A stretch of 59,201 nt of DNA, counting the filler. It is 6 parts of 6 records of this genome, joined end to end, with 100 filler letters (N's around TTAATTAATTAA, not from the genome) between each part and the next. Parts side by side here need not be neighbours in the genome. Positions count along the whole stretch, not along the records: positions 21,027 to 31,392 come from SRR2962707_2465; positions 31,493 to 36,839 come from SRR2962707_2467; positions 36,940 to 59,201 come from SRR2962707_2468; 3 more parts are not named here. One strand, written 5' to 3'. How positions within the stretch are numbered: position 1 is the stretch's first letter; each line of letters begins with the position of its first letter. The translations under genes and the position numbers were made by a program. Below are positions 30,650-41,863 of the stretch, in pieces. A model generated the notes under the pieces. It was not told the origin of the DNA, ran no database searches, and saw only the letters and a list, made by a program, of their open reading frames with translations.

Positions 30650-31392
30650 GTGAAAATTCCGAACTGACGATCTCGGTTCATCCAACCACAGCCTCCATCC
30701 CCTCTACCACATGGAATGCTCTTGCATCTTCTGGTGGAGAAACGCCTGACAATCCATTCCTTGATCACGCCTTTTTTCTAGCGCTTGAGGAGTCGGGCTG
30801 CGCCACCGGAGCGACCGGCTGGCAGCCCCAACACATCCTGATCTCGCGCGGCGCCGAGCCCATCGGGCTGATGCCGCTGTTCCTCAAATCCCATTCGATG
30901 GGCGAATACGTCTTCGATCACGCCTGGGCTGACGCTATCGAGCGAGCCGGCGGGAACTATTATCCAAAGCTGCAATCCTCGGTGCCATTCACCCCGGCCA
31001 GCGCACCAAAACTGCTGACGCGGGACGGTAGCGCCGACACAAGAACGCTGCTGCTTCAGGCCTCAGAAGCACTGGCCGAACGGCTCGGCGCGTCCTCGGT
31101 TCATGCGACGTTCGTTACAGGCGACGAAGAAGCGATAGCGGCCAGCGCCGATTGGCTGGTGCGCCACGACACCCAGTTTCACTGGACCAATGCCGGGTTT
31201 GGCGCGTTCGATGACTTTCTCGACACACTGCAATCGCGCAAGCGCAAGGCCATCCGCCGCGAACGCCGCGAGGCGTTGATCGACGGCATCACATGCGAGT
31301 GGATAACCGGAAGCGACCTGACAGAAGCGCACTGGGACGCCTTCTACCAGTTCTACATGGACACCGGCGCCCGCAAATGGGGCCGCCCCTAC
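30646..31392 (+). CDS. FemAB-like GNAT (DUF482) protein, 3' truncated
   Basis: NPFLDHAFFLALEESG, KSHSMGEYVFDHAWADA, YYPKLQSSVPFTP, SRKRKAIRRER, KWGRPY. Confidence 0.88.
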
Positions 31393-31492
31393 NNNNNNNN
31401 NNNNNNNNNNNNNNNNNNNNNNNNNNNNNNNNNNNNTTAATTAATTAANNNNNNNNNNNNNNNNNNNNNNNNNNNNNNNNNNNNNNNNNNNN
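31393..31492. other. Artificial contig spacer
   Basis: Same linker. Confidence 0.99.
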
Positions 31493-32363
31493 GATGCATG
31501 CCTGCGGTCATGACGGCCACACGGCGATCTTGCTGGGGGCGGCACAGTATCTGGCTGAAACCCGCAATTTCGATGGCCGCGCGGTGCTGATCTTTCAACC
31601 CGCCGAAGAAGGCGGTGGCGGTGGCAATGTCATGGTCGAGGAAGGCCTGATGGAACGCTGGTCCATCGACGAGGTTTACGGCTTGCACAATATGCCCGAT
31701 CATCCTGTGGGCGAATTTGCCATCCGCTCCGGCCCGTTGCTTGCCGCGGCTGATGAATTCGACATCGTGATTACAGGGCAGGGTGGCCATGCCGCCGCCC
31801 CCCACGAGGCCATTGATACCAACCTTGCCGCCGCCCATGTCGTTGTGGCGTTGCAATCGATCGCCAGCCGAAATGTTGATCCGCTAAAGCAAGTCGTCGT
31901 GTCAGTCTGCACCCTGCGATCCGACACCGACAGCCACAATGTCTTGCCGCAAACCGTGCGATTGCGCGGCACTGTGCGCACGCTTGATGCGGGCATTCGT
32001 GATCTGGCCCAGGAACGGCTCGAGGCGATTGTCACCCATACTTGCGCTGCCTATCAGTGCAGCGCGGATATCATCTATGAACGCGGCTATCCTGTGACGA
32101 TCAACGCCGAGGACAACACCCATTTCGCCGCGGAAGCTGCCGAAAAAGTGACCCCTGGCGTAGACCGTGATACCCCGCCCATCATGGCAGGCGAGGATTT
32201 TTCCTATATGCTGAACAAACGACCCGGTGCCTATATTATGCTGGGCAACGGCGACGGTGCCACGGTGCACCACCCGATGTACAATTTCAACGATGATGCC
32301 ATCCCCGCCGGTTGCAGCTGGTTTGCCGAGATGGTTGAAACACGATTACCCAGCGTGGGCTAA
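31493..32363 (+). CDS. M20D amidohydrolase (hippurate hydrolase-like), copy 1, 5' truncated
   Basis: MHACGHDGH, FQPAEEG, GGHAA, GEDF, HHPMYNFND. Confidence 0.92.
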
Positions 32364-32407
32364 GGTGCCCGCGCTCCACAGATAAAAACTCCCAAAAAGG
32401 ACCTACA

Positions 32408-33571
32408 ATGCCTGTTAAAAACCGCTTTGCGGAACTTCACGATGATATCACTGCATGGCGCCGTGATTTGCACGAACATCCTGAAATCCTGTTTGAAACC
32501 CACCGGACATCGGCCACCGTCGCTGAAAAACTCCGCGCCTTTGGCTGTGACGAAGTTGTCGAGGGCATTGGCCGTACCGGCGTTGTTGGTGTGATCAAGG
32601 GTAATGCAACCACGTCGGGCAAGGTGATCGGCCTGCGTGCCGATATGGACGCGCTGCCCATTCATGAACAAACCGGCGTCGAATACGCATCCAAGACTCC
32701 GAACGCGATGCATGCTTGCGGCCATGACGGTCACACCGCGATGTTGCTGGGGGCCGCACAATATCTGGCCGAAACACGCAATTTTGACGGCACCGTGGTC
32801 GTGATTTTCCAACCCGCCGAAGAAGGCGGCGGCGGTGGGCGCGAGATGTGCAAAGACGGCATGATGGATCGTTGGGGCATCCAAGAAGTCTACGGCATGC
32901 ACAACTGGCCAGGCATGCCAGCGGGCAGTTTCGCCATTCGTCCGGGCCCGTTTTTCGCCGCGACCGATCTGCTTGAGATCGAAGTCGAAGGTCTGGGGGG
33001 GCACGCCGCCAAACCGCACGAAACCATCGATACAATGGTGGTCACTGCGCAAATGATCACAGCGCTGCAAACCATCGTCAGCCGCAATGCCGATCCGATT
33101 GGCAATATCGTCGTGTCGATCACCTCGATTGAATCGTCATCCAAGGCGTTTAACGTGATCCCGCAGCGGGTTAACCTGCTGGGCACTGTGCGGACTTTGT
33201 CCAATGATCTGCGCGATCTGGCTGAAAAGCGCGTAACCGAGATCTGCGAAGGCATCGCAGCGACGTTCGGTGCCACGGCCAAGGTGACTTATATCCGCAA
33301 CTATCCGGTGATGGTGAACCATGATGACCAAACCGAATTCGCCGCCGATGTGGCGCGCAGTATTTCCGGTCAATGCGACGAGGCCCCGCTGGTGATGGGG
33401 GGCGAAGACTTTGCGTTCATGCTCGAAGAGCGCCCCGGTGCCTATATTCTAGTGGGCAATGGCGACACCGCCATGGTGCATCACCCGATGTACAACTTTA
33501 ACGATGATGTGATTCCGGCTGGGTGCAGCTGGTGGGCAGGGCTTGCGGAACAACGCATGCCAATCGGCTAA
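32408..33571 (+). CDS. M20D amidohydrolase (hippurate hydrolase-like), copy 2
   Basis: WRRDLHEHPE, LRADMDALP, MHACGHDGH, FQPAEEG, GEDF, HHPMYNFND. Confidence 0.94.
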   Translation: MPVKNRFAELHDDITAWRRDLHEHPEILFETHRTSATVAEKLRAFGCDEVVEGIGRTGVVGVIKGNATTSGKVIGLRADMDALPIHEQTGVEYASKTPNAMHACGHDGHTAMLLGAAQYLAETRNFDGTVVVIFQPAEEGGGGGREMCKDGMMDRWGIQEVYGMHNWPGMPAGSFAIRPGPFFAATDLLEIEVEGLGGHAAKPHETIDTMVVTAQMITALQTIVSRNADPIGNIVVSITSIESSSKAFNVIPQRVNLLGTVRTLSNDLRDLAEKRVTEICEGIAATFGATAKVTYIRNYPVMVNHDDQTEFAADVARSISGQCDEAPLVMGGEDFAFMLEERPGAYILVGNGDTAMVHHPMYNFNDDVIPAGCSWWAGLAEQRMPIG

Positions 33572-33592
33572 GTTTCGGTTCGGGCGCGGGGG

Positions 33593-34609
33593 CTAACCCT
33601 GCGCCCAGATCATCTGATAGACCGCGTCGATGCCGTCGGCCTCGGCCTTGGCGCTGAAATTTTCGATCACATGGGTGCGGGCGATATCGCCCATCGCATT
33701 TACCTTGCCACCAAGGATCTGGCGGGCGGCGGTTGCGGCGGTTTGCGCTGTGTCGACGATGATACCCGCGCGGCCTTGCGCGCTAAAGGCGCTGTAATAT
33801 CCCGCCTCATAGCCAATGAACGGCACGCCGGATGCCATCGCCTCGAGCGGGACCATACCGTATCCTTCGTATTGTGGCAGTTGCACGACCAGCGACAGCG
33901 CGCGCATCAGCGCGGGCAGGTCTTGGGCCGGGATTTCACCGGGAAACAGGATGCGGTCGGTCAGGGCGGCGGCTGTGATGTCGTCTTTTAGGCGGGCAAG
34001 GAACACCCGATGTTCGCGGGTGGCTTTCCCCAGAACCAATGCAACCGCGCCGGGGTGGTCTGGCAGCAGATCAATCATCGCTTTGACAAAGTGGTCAGTG
34101 CCCTTTTCTGGACGAATGCGGCCAATCGAGGCGATGCCCACCTTGCCGCCATACCCCAAGGTTTGCCACGCTTTTGCGCGGTCTTGGGCAGGGTGAAACA
34201 GGGCGGTATCCACGCCGTGCGGCACAACTGCGCGGACGTGGGGCACGAAGCTGGCGGCTTTGTCGGTGGTGGCGATCACGGCATCCATGCGGCTGATCAA
34301 CCAGCGGGGATAGGCCGAATGCCGTCGTTGTGCCGCCGAGGTAAAGACGATTTTTATCGGCAGTCGCAGGATGTCGCGCGCCCAAAGTGCGGCGCGCATT
34401 TCCGTGTTGCGACGCACATGCCAGATCGCCCCTTGGGTGGATGCGGCGCGGGCTTGTTTTACGGTGATCGGATCGGGGCAGCCGGGCAGGGGGCGGCCGA
34501 CAAGCGCCAGATCATAACTGTCCATCTGGGCGCGGATTACATTCGCAGCCGTTGCGGACACGCCGGTAAAGTTCTTGTTAAAGTTGGTGACGAAAAGCTT
34601 TCTTTTCAT
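33593..34609 (-). CDS. GT4 glycosyltransferase, LpcC-like LPS core transferase
   Basis: FTGVSAT, WHVRRNTEM, VFTSAAQRRHS, GRIRPEKGTD, EGYGMVPLEAMASG (Ex7E); coupled to waaA. Confidence 0.85.
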   Translation of the reverse strand: MKRKLFVTNFNKNFTGVSATAANVIRAQMDSYDLALVGRPLPGCPDPITVKQARAASTQGAIWHVRRNTEMRAALWARDILRLPIKIVFTSAAQRRHSAYPRWLISRMDAVIATTDKAASFVPHVRAVVPHGVDTALFHPAQDRAKAWQTLGYGGKVGIASIGRIRPEKGTDHFVKAMIDLLPDHPGAVALVLGKATREHRVFLARLKDDITAAALTDRILFPGEIPAQDLPALMRALSLVVQLPQYEGYGMVPLEAMASGVPFIGYEAGYYSAFSAQGRAGIIVDTAQTAATAARQILGGKVNAMGDIARTHVIENFSAKAEADGIDAVYQMIWAQG

Positions 34610-35892
34610 CCCGCTTCCAGCCCCAACACGGCCACAAGCCGCGCGGCAATACCATCAAGTTGGTCGTCCTGTGCGGCGACAAACCGTTTGGCAGCGTCGG
34701 TCATGTCAGTCAACTCGTGTGACGTCGACAGCAGATTGGCGATAGTTGCGGTCAGATCATCGCCATCTTCAACGAAGTGCGCGGCACCTTCGGCCTCAAG
34801 CTGGGTATAGGTCTCGGCAAAGGCTGCAACATGTGTGCCCGACAGAACCGCAGCGCCTGCTTGGGCGACCTCGAACGGGTTGTGCCCGCCGATGGGCAGC
34901 AGCGAGCCGCCTAAAAATACAATGTCCGTCATCGCATACCACAGGCCCAATTCGCCCAGCGTATCAGCCAGATAAACCTGCGCGCCGGGCGCATCGCCGC
35001 GGCTGCGCCGGTTGCAGGTCAGGCCCGCCGCCGTCACCAGATCTTCGACCGCGTCGCCGCGTTCGGGGTGGCGCGGGGCAAGGATCAGACACAGGTCGGG
35101 GAACTGCTTCAACAACGTCTGATGCGCCTGTAACACAGCGTCTTCTTCGCCATCGTGGGTCGAGGACGCAACCCATATAGGTCGGTGCCCCAGTGCAGCG
35201 CGAGCGTCAAACAGCGCGTCTTCGTCAACCGGCAGGGGCCCCGCCATGGATTTGAGATTGATACCCCGCGCCACACGGTCCGAGGGCGCGTGCATGCTGA
35301 CCATCTTGTGGGCCATCGCATCGTTCTGGGTGAGGATCAGATCGAACACATCAAATAGATAGGCCGCCATTTTCGGGTGCTTGCGCCATGTCTCGACCGA
35401 TTTGTCGGACAGGCGGGCGTTCACCAGCGCCATTTTCGCGCCCGTGGCATGGGTCCGGCGCAGCATTTGCGGCCAAAGTTCGCTTTCCACAAAGATCGCC
35501 GCATCTGGCCGCCAATGACGCAGGAACCGTTTCAACGGGCCGGGGGCGTCAAGGGGGGCAAATTGGTGCACAGTGCGCGGCGGCATGCGTTGGGCGACCA
35601 GTGCGGCCGAGGTAGCCGTGCCCGATGTGATCAGGAAATGCGCGCGGGGCAAAATCAGCCCCATGCGCGTGATCAGGGCCAGCACGGACAGGCTTTCGCC
35701 GACGGATGCGGCGTGCAGCCAGATCAGCGGGCCTGATCCTTGACGGTCTTGAGTGGCATGCCCAAGCTTTTCATGGGCGTGGCGCACCGGGACACCTTGC
35801 TCGCGCAGCTTGGCGGTTTGTGACCGTGCAAAGAACGGAACCAACCCCATGCTGGCGACGACCCACGCACGATAGAGAAAAGGCACTGACAC
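34606..35892 (-). CDS. waaA: Kdo transferase
   Basis: IWLHAASVGE, ESELWP, LVNARLS, ASSTHDGEE, APRHPERG, DTLGELG, GGHNPFE. Confidence 0.94.
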   Translation of the reverse strand: MSVPFLYRAWVVASMGLVPFFARSQTAKLREQGVPVRHAHEKLGHATQDRQGSGPLIWLHAASVGESLSVLALITRMGLILPRAHFLITSGTATSAALVAQRMPPRTVHQFAPLDAPGPLKRFLRHWRPDAAIFVESELWPQMLRRTHATGAKMALVNARLSDKSVETWRKHPKMAAYLFDVFDLILTQNDAMAHKMVSMHAPSDRVARGINLKSMAGPLPVDEDALFDARAALGHRPIWVASSTHDGEEDAVLQAHQTLLKQFPDLCLILAPRHPERGDAVEDLVTAAGLTCNRRSRGDAPGAQVYLADTLGELGLWYAMTDIVFLGGSLLPIGGHNPFEVAQAGAAVLSGTHVAAFAETYTQLEAEGAAHFVEDGDDLTATIANLLSTSHELTDMTDAAKRFVAAQDDQLDGIAARLVAVLGLEAG

Positions 35893-35899
35893 GACCCTG

Positions 35900-36839
35900 T
35901 CAGCCGCCTGTGTGGCTCATGTGGCGGGGCATCTGCCCGTCCAGTTTTTGCCGGGAATAATCGAAATCATGGCCCTTGGGTTTGAGGTTGATCGCGGCGC
36001 GAATGGCGTCTTTCAACGGCGCGTCATCATCTGGGTGGTTGCGCAAGGGCGCGCGCAAGTCTGCGACGTCTTCCTGACCCAGACACATATAGATTTCACC
36101 GGTGCAGGTAATCCGCACACGGTTGCAGCTTTCGCAGAAATTATGGCTAAGCGGGGTGATGAAACCGATTTTCTGGCCGGTTTCCTCAAGCCGCACATAG
36201 CGGGCGGGCCCACCGGTGTTTTCTAGCAAATCCGTTACAGTATAGTGATCCTCATAGGCACGGCGCACGTCTTTGAGGGACCAATACTGGCCCAGACGGT
36301 CCTCGTTGCCCAAATCGCCCATGGGCATGACTTCGATCCAGGTCAGGTCAATGCCGCGATCCGCACACCATGCGGTCATGCTGGGCAGTTCAGCCTCATT
36401 GAACCCTTTTAGCGCCACGGCGTTGATTTTCACCCGCAACCCCGCCGCCTGCGCCGCATCAATGCCACGCAATACCTGGGGCAGGCGACCCCAACGTGTG
36501 ATGTCTGCGAATTTCTGATCATCCAGCGTATCAAGCGACACATTCACGCGGCGCACGCCAGCGGCATAAAGATCGCCCGCAAAGCGTTCGAGCTGGCTGC
36601 CATTGGTGGTCAGGGTCAGTTCCTTGAGGGTGCCCGCGTCCAGATGACGGGTCATGCTGTCAAAGAACGTCATAATGCCCTTGCGCACCAAAGGCTCGCC
36701 GCCGGTGATGCGCAGTTTTTGAACGCCAAGGTCAATAAAGTTGGTGCAAAGGCGGTCCAGTTCCTCGAGCGTGAGAAGTTCCTTTTTCGGCAGGAAATTC
36801 ATATTCTCTGACATGCAATAGACGCAGCGGAAATCGCAG
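35900..36839 (-). CDS. moaA: GTP 3',8-cyclase (radical SAM), 5' truncated
   Basis: Contig starts in CDFRCVYC (CxxxCxxC); [19 protein letters not shown]...YMCLG, C-terminal GG. Confidence 0.96.
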
Positions 36840-36939
36840 NNNNNNNNNNNNNNNNNNNNNNNNNNNNNNNNNNNNNNNNNNNNTTAATTAATTAANNNNN
36901 NNNNNNNNNNNNNNNNNNNNNNNNNNNNNNNNNNNNNNN
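36840..36939. other. Artificial contig spacer
   Basis: Same linker. Confidence 0.99.
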
Positions 36940-38934
36940 GGCCTCGGTCAGGTAGCCACCCTCTTCATACCCCACATATCCGGGAGGCGCACCAATCAAA
37001 CGGGCGACCGAGTGCTTCTCCATGAATTCCGACATATCGATGCGAACCATGGCCTCTTCGGTATCGAACAGGAAGTTTGCCAGCGCCTTGCACAACTCGG
37101 TCTTCCCCACCCCGGTCGGCCCAAGGAACAGGAAAGAACCATTGGGACGATTCGGATCCGACAGTCCAGCCCGGGACCGGCGCACCGCATTGGATACCGC
37201 TTCCACGGCCTCATCCTGGCCAATGACCCGATCGTGGAGGGCTTCCTCCATGCGCATCAGCTTGTCGCGCTCCCCCTCCAGCATCTTGGATACCGGAATC
37301 CCGGTCCACTTTGAAACGATTTCCGCAATTTCTTCATCCGTGACCCGGTTGCGCAACAGCTTCATTTCCATCATTTCCGCCTGGCTGGCCATATCCAGTT
37401 GGCGCTCCAACTCCGGGATCTTGCCGTACTGCAGCTCGGACATCTTGCCCAGATCCCCTGCACGGCGGGCATTCTCCAGGTCAATCCGAGCCTGCTCCAG
37501 CTGGCTCTTGATCTTCTGGGAGCCGTGCAGAGCCGCCTTTTCAGTGTTCCAGACTTCCTCAAGGTCGGCGTATTCGCGCTCAACGTTGCCGATAACGGCA
37601 GACAACTCTTCCAGCCGCTTCTTAGAGGCGGCGTCGGTTTCCTTTTTCAGGGCTTCCCGCTCAATCTTGAGCTGAATCAGCCGGCGCTCCAGGCGATCCA
37701 GAGCCTCAGGCTTGGAGTCCATTTCCATACGTATCTGGCTGGCCGCTTCATCCACCAGGTCAATGGCCTTATCCGGCAACTGACGATCGGTAATATATCG
37801 ATGAGACAGCTTGGCGGCCGCGATGATGGCGCCATCCGTTACCTCAACCCCATGGTGAACCTCATAGCGCTCTTTCAGCCCACGCAGGATGGCGATGGTA
37901 TCTTCCTCACTGGGCTCGCTGACCAGCACTTTCTGGAAACGGCGTTCCAGTGCTGCATCTTTTTCAATATTCTCCCGGTACTCATTCAGCGTGGTGGCGC
38001 CGACACAGTGCAACTCACCCCGGGCCAGCGCCGGCTTCAGCATGTTTCCGGCATCCATCGAACCCTCGGCTTTCCCGGCGCCTACCATGGTGTGGATTTC
38101 GTCAATGAACAGGATGATCTGGCCTTCCTGTTTCGACAGCTCGTTAAGCACTGCCTTCAGGCGCTCCTCAAACTCACCCCGGAACTTGGCGCCGGCAATC
38201 AATGCGCCCATGTCCAGCGACAGTACTTTCTTGTCCTTCAGGCCATCGGGCACCTCGCCGTTGACGATACGCTGGGCCAGCCCCTCAACAATCGCGGTTT
38301 TACCCACACCAGGCTCACCGATCAGCACGGGGTTGTTCTTGCGCCGGCGTTGCAGTACCTGAATGGTGCGACGGATTTCGTCATCGCGACCGATTACCGG
38401 GTCCAGCTTACCGGCTTCAGCCCGCTCGGTAAGATCAATGGTGTACTTTGAAAGCGCCTGACGGTTTTCCTCAGCGCCCGCATCATTCACCGACTCTCCC
38501 CCACGCACTTCGTCAATCGCCTTTTCCAGCGCCGCCTTGTCAACGCCTTGCTCTCGCAGAATGCGCCCCAATGAACCACGGTCTTCAACCGCCGCCAGCA
38601 GAACCAGCTCACTGGATATGAACTGGTCACCCCGCTTCTGGGCCAGCTTGTCGGAAATGTTGAACAGTCGCCCCATGTCGTTCGACATGGACACATCGCC
38701 GGCATTGCCCTGCACTTCCGGCAGGTTCTCAATTTCCTTGGCGACGGCCTGCCGTACCCGGCCGGGCTCAACCCCCACCTGTTTGAGCAGCGGTTTAATG
38801 GAGCCTCCCTGCTGGTCCAGCAGGGCCTGCATCAGATGCACGGGCTCGATGAAGTTATGGTCTTTGCCAACCGCGATGGACTGCGCATCCGCCAACGCGG
38901 TTTGCAGTTTGCTGGTGAGCTTGTCGATTCTCAT
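36940..38934 (-). CDS. clpB: Chaperone ClpB, 3' truncated
   Basis: Two Walker A motifs ([16 protein letters not shown]), long M-domain, [13 protein letters not shown]. Confidence 0.97.
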
Positions 38935-39010
38935 GTGCTCTTATCCCCAAAATTCGTAGTGAATACCGATCAACCCTGTGGTGCGGATATTCCGATTGCT
39001 TTGAAACTTA

Positions 39011-39038
39011 ATGTAGGGGCAAGTGGGGGGAGTTCAAG
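39011..39038 (-). promoter_or_regulatory. Sigma32 (RpoH) promoter of clpB
   Basis: CTTGAA-N13-CCCCTACAT on the minus strand, about 75 nt upstream of clpB; consensus is CTTGAA...CCCCATnT. Confidence 0.75.
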
Positions 39039-39108
39039 TTGAGCCGACCTCAATTCGTCAGAAATTTGACGGCTGTCAGTTAACACATCAGGGGGAGCAA
39101 TCAGGAGT

Positions 39109-39867
39109 TCAGGATTTTAACCAGACCAGGGTCGCCATGCGGCCGGTTTGACCATCCCGGCGATAGGAAAAGAACCATTCCCGATCCTGAACGGTGCACA
39201 GGCTACCGCCAGCGACCGCCGAGACACCAACCTGATGCAGGCGCAGGGCTGCCAGGCTGTAGATATCGGCCATGAAATGGCCTGGGCGAGCCCCCCTGGT
39301 TTTAAAGGCGGTCTCAGCCACCGGGCTATGCCGAACAAACGCTTCGCGCACCTCCGGACCAACTTCGAAACTGTCGGGGCCAATGGCGGGACCCAGCCAG
39401 GCCGAAAGCTTGTCAGGCTCAACCGCCATCGCACTGACCAGGTTTTCCAGCACGCCTCCGCTGAGGCTGCGCCAGCCGGCGTGAGCAGCCCCCACTACGG
39501 TTCCATCGGAATCAGCAATCACCACGGGCAGGCAGTCAGCAGTCAGAATGGCACAACCAAGGCCGGGAAATCGGGTGAAACTGGCATCCGCTTCCGGAAC
39601 CAGCTTGGCGTTGTCGGGTGTAAGCTCGACCACCCTCGCACCATGCACCTGATTCAACCAGCCAATCCGATCCACCTCTAACCCCGTGAAGCGGGCCAGG
39701 CGCTGCCGGTTTTCGGCGACAGATTCAGGGCTATCCCCGACATGATCCCCTAGGTTGAGCGAGCTCCACGGCGCCTCACTGACGCCTCCCTTGCGAGTCG
39801 TGCACATGGCTTGCACCGCCCCCGGTGCGGACCAACTCGGCCTCAGGATGTAGTTGTCAGAAATCAC
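39109..39867 (-). CDS. pgeF: Peptidoglycan editing factor / purine nucleoside phosphorylase YfiH
   Basis: TTRKGGVS, LNLGDHVGD, LNQVHG, LTADCLPV, AHAGWR, FFSYRRDGQTGRM; conserved rluD-pgeF-clpB order. Confidence 0.94.
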   Translation of the reverse strand: MISDNYILRPSWSAPGAVQAMCTTRKGGVSEAPWSSLNLGDHVGDSPESVAENRQRLARFTGLEVDRIGWLNQVHGARVVELTPDNAKLVPEADASFTRFPGLGCAILTADCLPVVIADSDGTVVGAAHAGWRSLSGGVLENLVSAMAVEPDKLSAWLGPAIGPDSFEVGPEVREAFVRHSPVAETAFKTRGARPGHFMADIYSLAALRLHQVGVSAVAGGSLCTVQDREWFFSYRRDGQTGRMATLVWLKS

Positions 39868-40834
39868 GTTCTTCCAGCTCCCGGGCGTGTTTGCGCAGAG
39901 CTTCGATCAGGTGAACCATATCCTCTGGTAGCGGCACCTCCCAGCTCAGAATCTCACCCGTTTCCGGATGCTCAAGGGTCAACTGTCTCGCATGCAGGGC
40001 CTGCCGGGTGAACGCAGCCAGTACATCCCGAAGCTCCTCTGTAGTGCCTTTGGGCAACCGCAGACGCCCACCGTAGGCAGGATCACCAACCAGCGGGTGG
40101 CGCACATGCGCCATGTGCACACGGATCTGATGGGTGCGGCCACTTTCCAGCTTGCAACGAACCAGGGTATGCGCGGCAAAACGCTCCAGCAGACGGTAAT
40201 GGGTGACCGCCGGTTTGCCACTGGAAACCACGGCCATGCGTTTACGATCCTGCGGATGACGGCCAATAGGTGCGTCAACTGTTGCACCACCGGTCAGCGC
40301 GCCCACCACCACGGCCTCATACTCCCGCCCCATCGTGCGCGTTTGCAACTGGTCTACCAGGGAGGTATGTGCAATCAGGCTGCGGGCCACCACCATGATG
40401 CCGGAGGTATCCTTGTCCAGGCGGTGAACAATACCAGCCCTCGGCAGGTTTTCCACTTCCGGCGCGTAGTTCAGCAGGGCGTTCACCAGCGTGCCATCGG
40501 CATGGCCGGCCGCTGGGTGCACCACCAACCCGGCCGGCTTGTTGATCACCAGCAAGTGCTCATCTTCGTAGACGATATCCAGGCTGATGGGTTCGGCTTC
40601 CCAGGTCACCTGCACTTCCGGCTCAGCATCGAGAGCCAGGGAATCGCCCATCATTACCTTGTCTCGCGGCTTACGGGATTTTCCATTCACCGTCAGGGCT
40701 CCGCTCTTGATCCAGGACTGCAGGCGGGAGCGGGAATGCTCGGGCATCAGTTCCGCCGCCGCCTGGTCCAGCCGTTTATCGCTGAGCTCCGGCGGTACGG
40801 TAAATTGGCCGGTAATTCGGTTTTCGGAAGTCAT
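39857..40834 (-). CDS. rluD: 23S rRNA pseudouridine synthase D
   Basis: S4 domain, NKPAGLVVHP, HRLDKDTSG, GRTHQIRVH. Confidence 0.96.
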   Translation of the reverse strand: MTSENRITGQFTVPPELSDKRLDQAAAELMPEHSRSRLQSWIKSGALTVNGKSRKPRDKVMMGDSLALDAEPEVQVTWEAEPISLDIVYEDEHLLVINKPAGLVVHPAAGHADGTLVNALLNYAPEVENLPRAGIVHRLDKDTSGIMVVARSLIAHTSLVDQLQTRTMGREYEAVVVGALTGGATVDAPIGRHPQDRKRMAVVSSGKPAVTHYRLLERFAAHTLVRCKLESGRTHQIRVHMAHVRHPLVGDPAYGGRLRLPKGTTEELRDVLAAFTRQALHARQLTLEHPETGEILSWEVPLPEDMVHLIEALRKHARELEERDF

Positions 40835-41006
40835 TCAGCCTCGTTTTCGCCGTTGGTTTCTGGCGCAGACGGCCGCCGGACAGGCGGCGATGTTACGTTT
40901 CGGTCAGATTCTGGTGCCAATATCGGGAAACACTGCACACAGACAGCCTTCCCCGTTACAATGACCAATCCAACCACAAGTTCTGAACATTATACGGGAT
41001 TCCGGC

Positions 41007-41840
41007 ATGAGATCAGTCGTTCGATTACTGCTACTTTCCACACTTTTTGCGCTGGCCGCCGGCTGTGCGTCTCAGAAGGAGGTGGAAGTCCTGCCGGAAC
41101 AAACCTATTACGAGAATGCCCGTGAGGCCATGAACTCGGGCAACTTCAACGAAGCCGAACAGAACCTGGATGCCCTGGAAACCTATTATCCATTCGGCCG
41201 TTATGCCGAACAGGCCCAGCTCGATCTGATCTTTGCCCGTTACCAGAACCTCGACCTTGAAGGTTCCCGGGCTGCCGCCGACCGCTTCATTCGCCTGAAT
41301 CCGCAGAGTGAGCATCTGGACTACGCGCTCTACATGAGAGGACTCGCTTCCTATAATCTGGACCTGGGACTGGCCACACGCTATTTCCCGGTTGATGCGG
41401 CCGCACGCAATCCCGGCGAGCAATTGCAGGCGTTCCGCGATTTTTCACAGCTGCTCAACCGGTTTCCGGACAGCGAATACGCTCTGGACGCCCGCCAGCG
41501 CATGATCGCCATCCGCAATCGAATGGCCGAACTGGAACTGCACGCTGCCCGTTACTACATCAAACGTGAAGCCTACGTGGCCGCCAACAACCGTGCTCGC
41601 TACGTAGTGGAGAACTACCCGTCTTCACCTTCAGTGGAAGAAGCTCTGATGATCATGGCGGATACCTTCCGCTTTCTGGAGCTGAAAAAGGGCGCCAACG
41701 ATGCCATTGCCACGCTGAGAAAAAACTTCCCGAACAGCGACGCCTTCAATGACAACGGTGAGTACGAATCAGATCTTCTTCGCCGCCAGAACCGGTCATT
41801 GACCAACGTGGTGACCTTCGGTCTGATGGGGGATGAGTAA
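41007..41840 (+). CDS. bamD: Outer-membrane assembly lipoprotein BamD (ComL)
   Basis: Lipobox AAGC, YPFGRYAEQAQL, TPR repeats; divergent from rluD. Confidence 0.95.
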   Translation: MRSVVRLLLLSTLFALAAGCASQKEVEVLPEQTYYENAREAMNSGNFNEAEQNLDALETYYPFGRYAEQAQLDLIFARYQNLDLEGSRAAADRFIRLNPQSEHLDYALYMRGLASYNLDLGLATRYFPVDAAARNPGEQLQAFRDFSQLLNRFPDSEYALDARQRMIAIRNRMAELELHAARYYIKREAYVAANNRARYVVENYPSSPSVEEALMIMADTFRFLELKKGANDAIATLRKNFPNSDAFNDNGEYESDLLRRQNRSLTNVVTFGLMGDE

Positions 41841-41863
41841 GAGCGGGATTACTTCCCGCTCTT
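41839..41863. terminator. Hairpin spanning the convergent bamD and nadE stops
   Basis: AAGAGCGGGA-TTACT-TCCCGCTCTT, perfect 10-bp inverted repeat; U-tracts are short. Confidence 0.5.
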
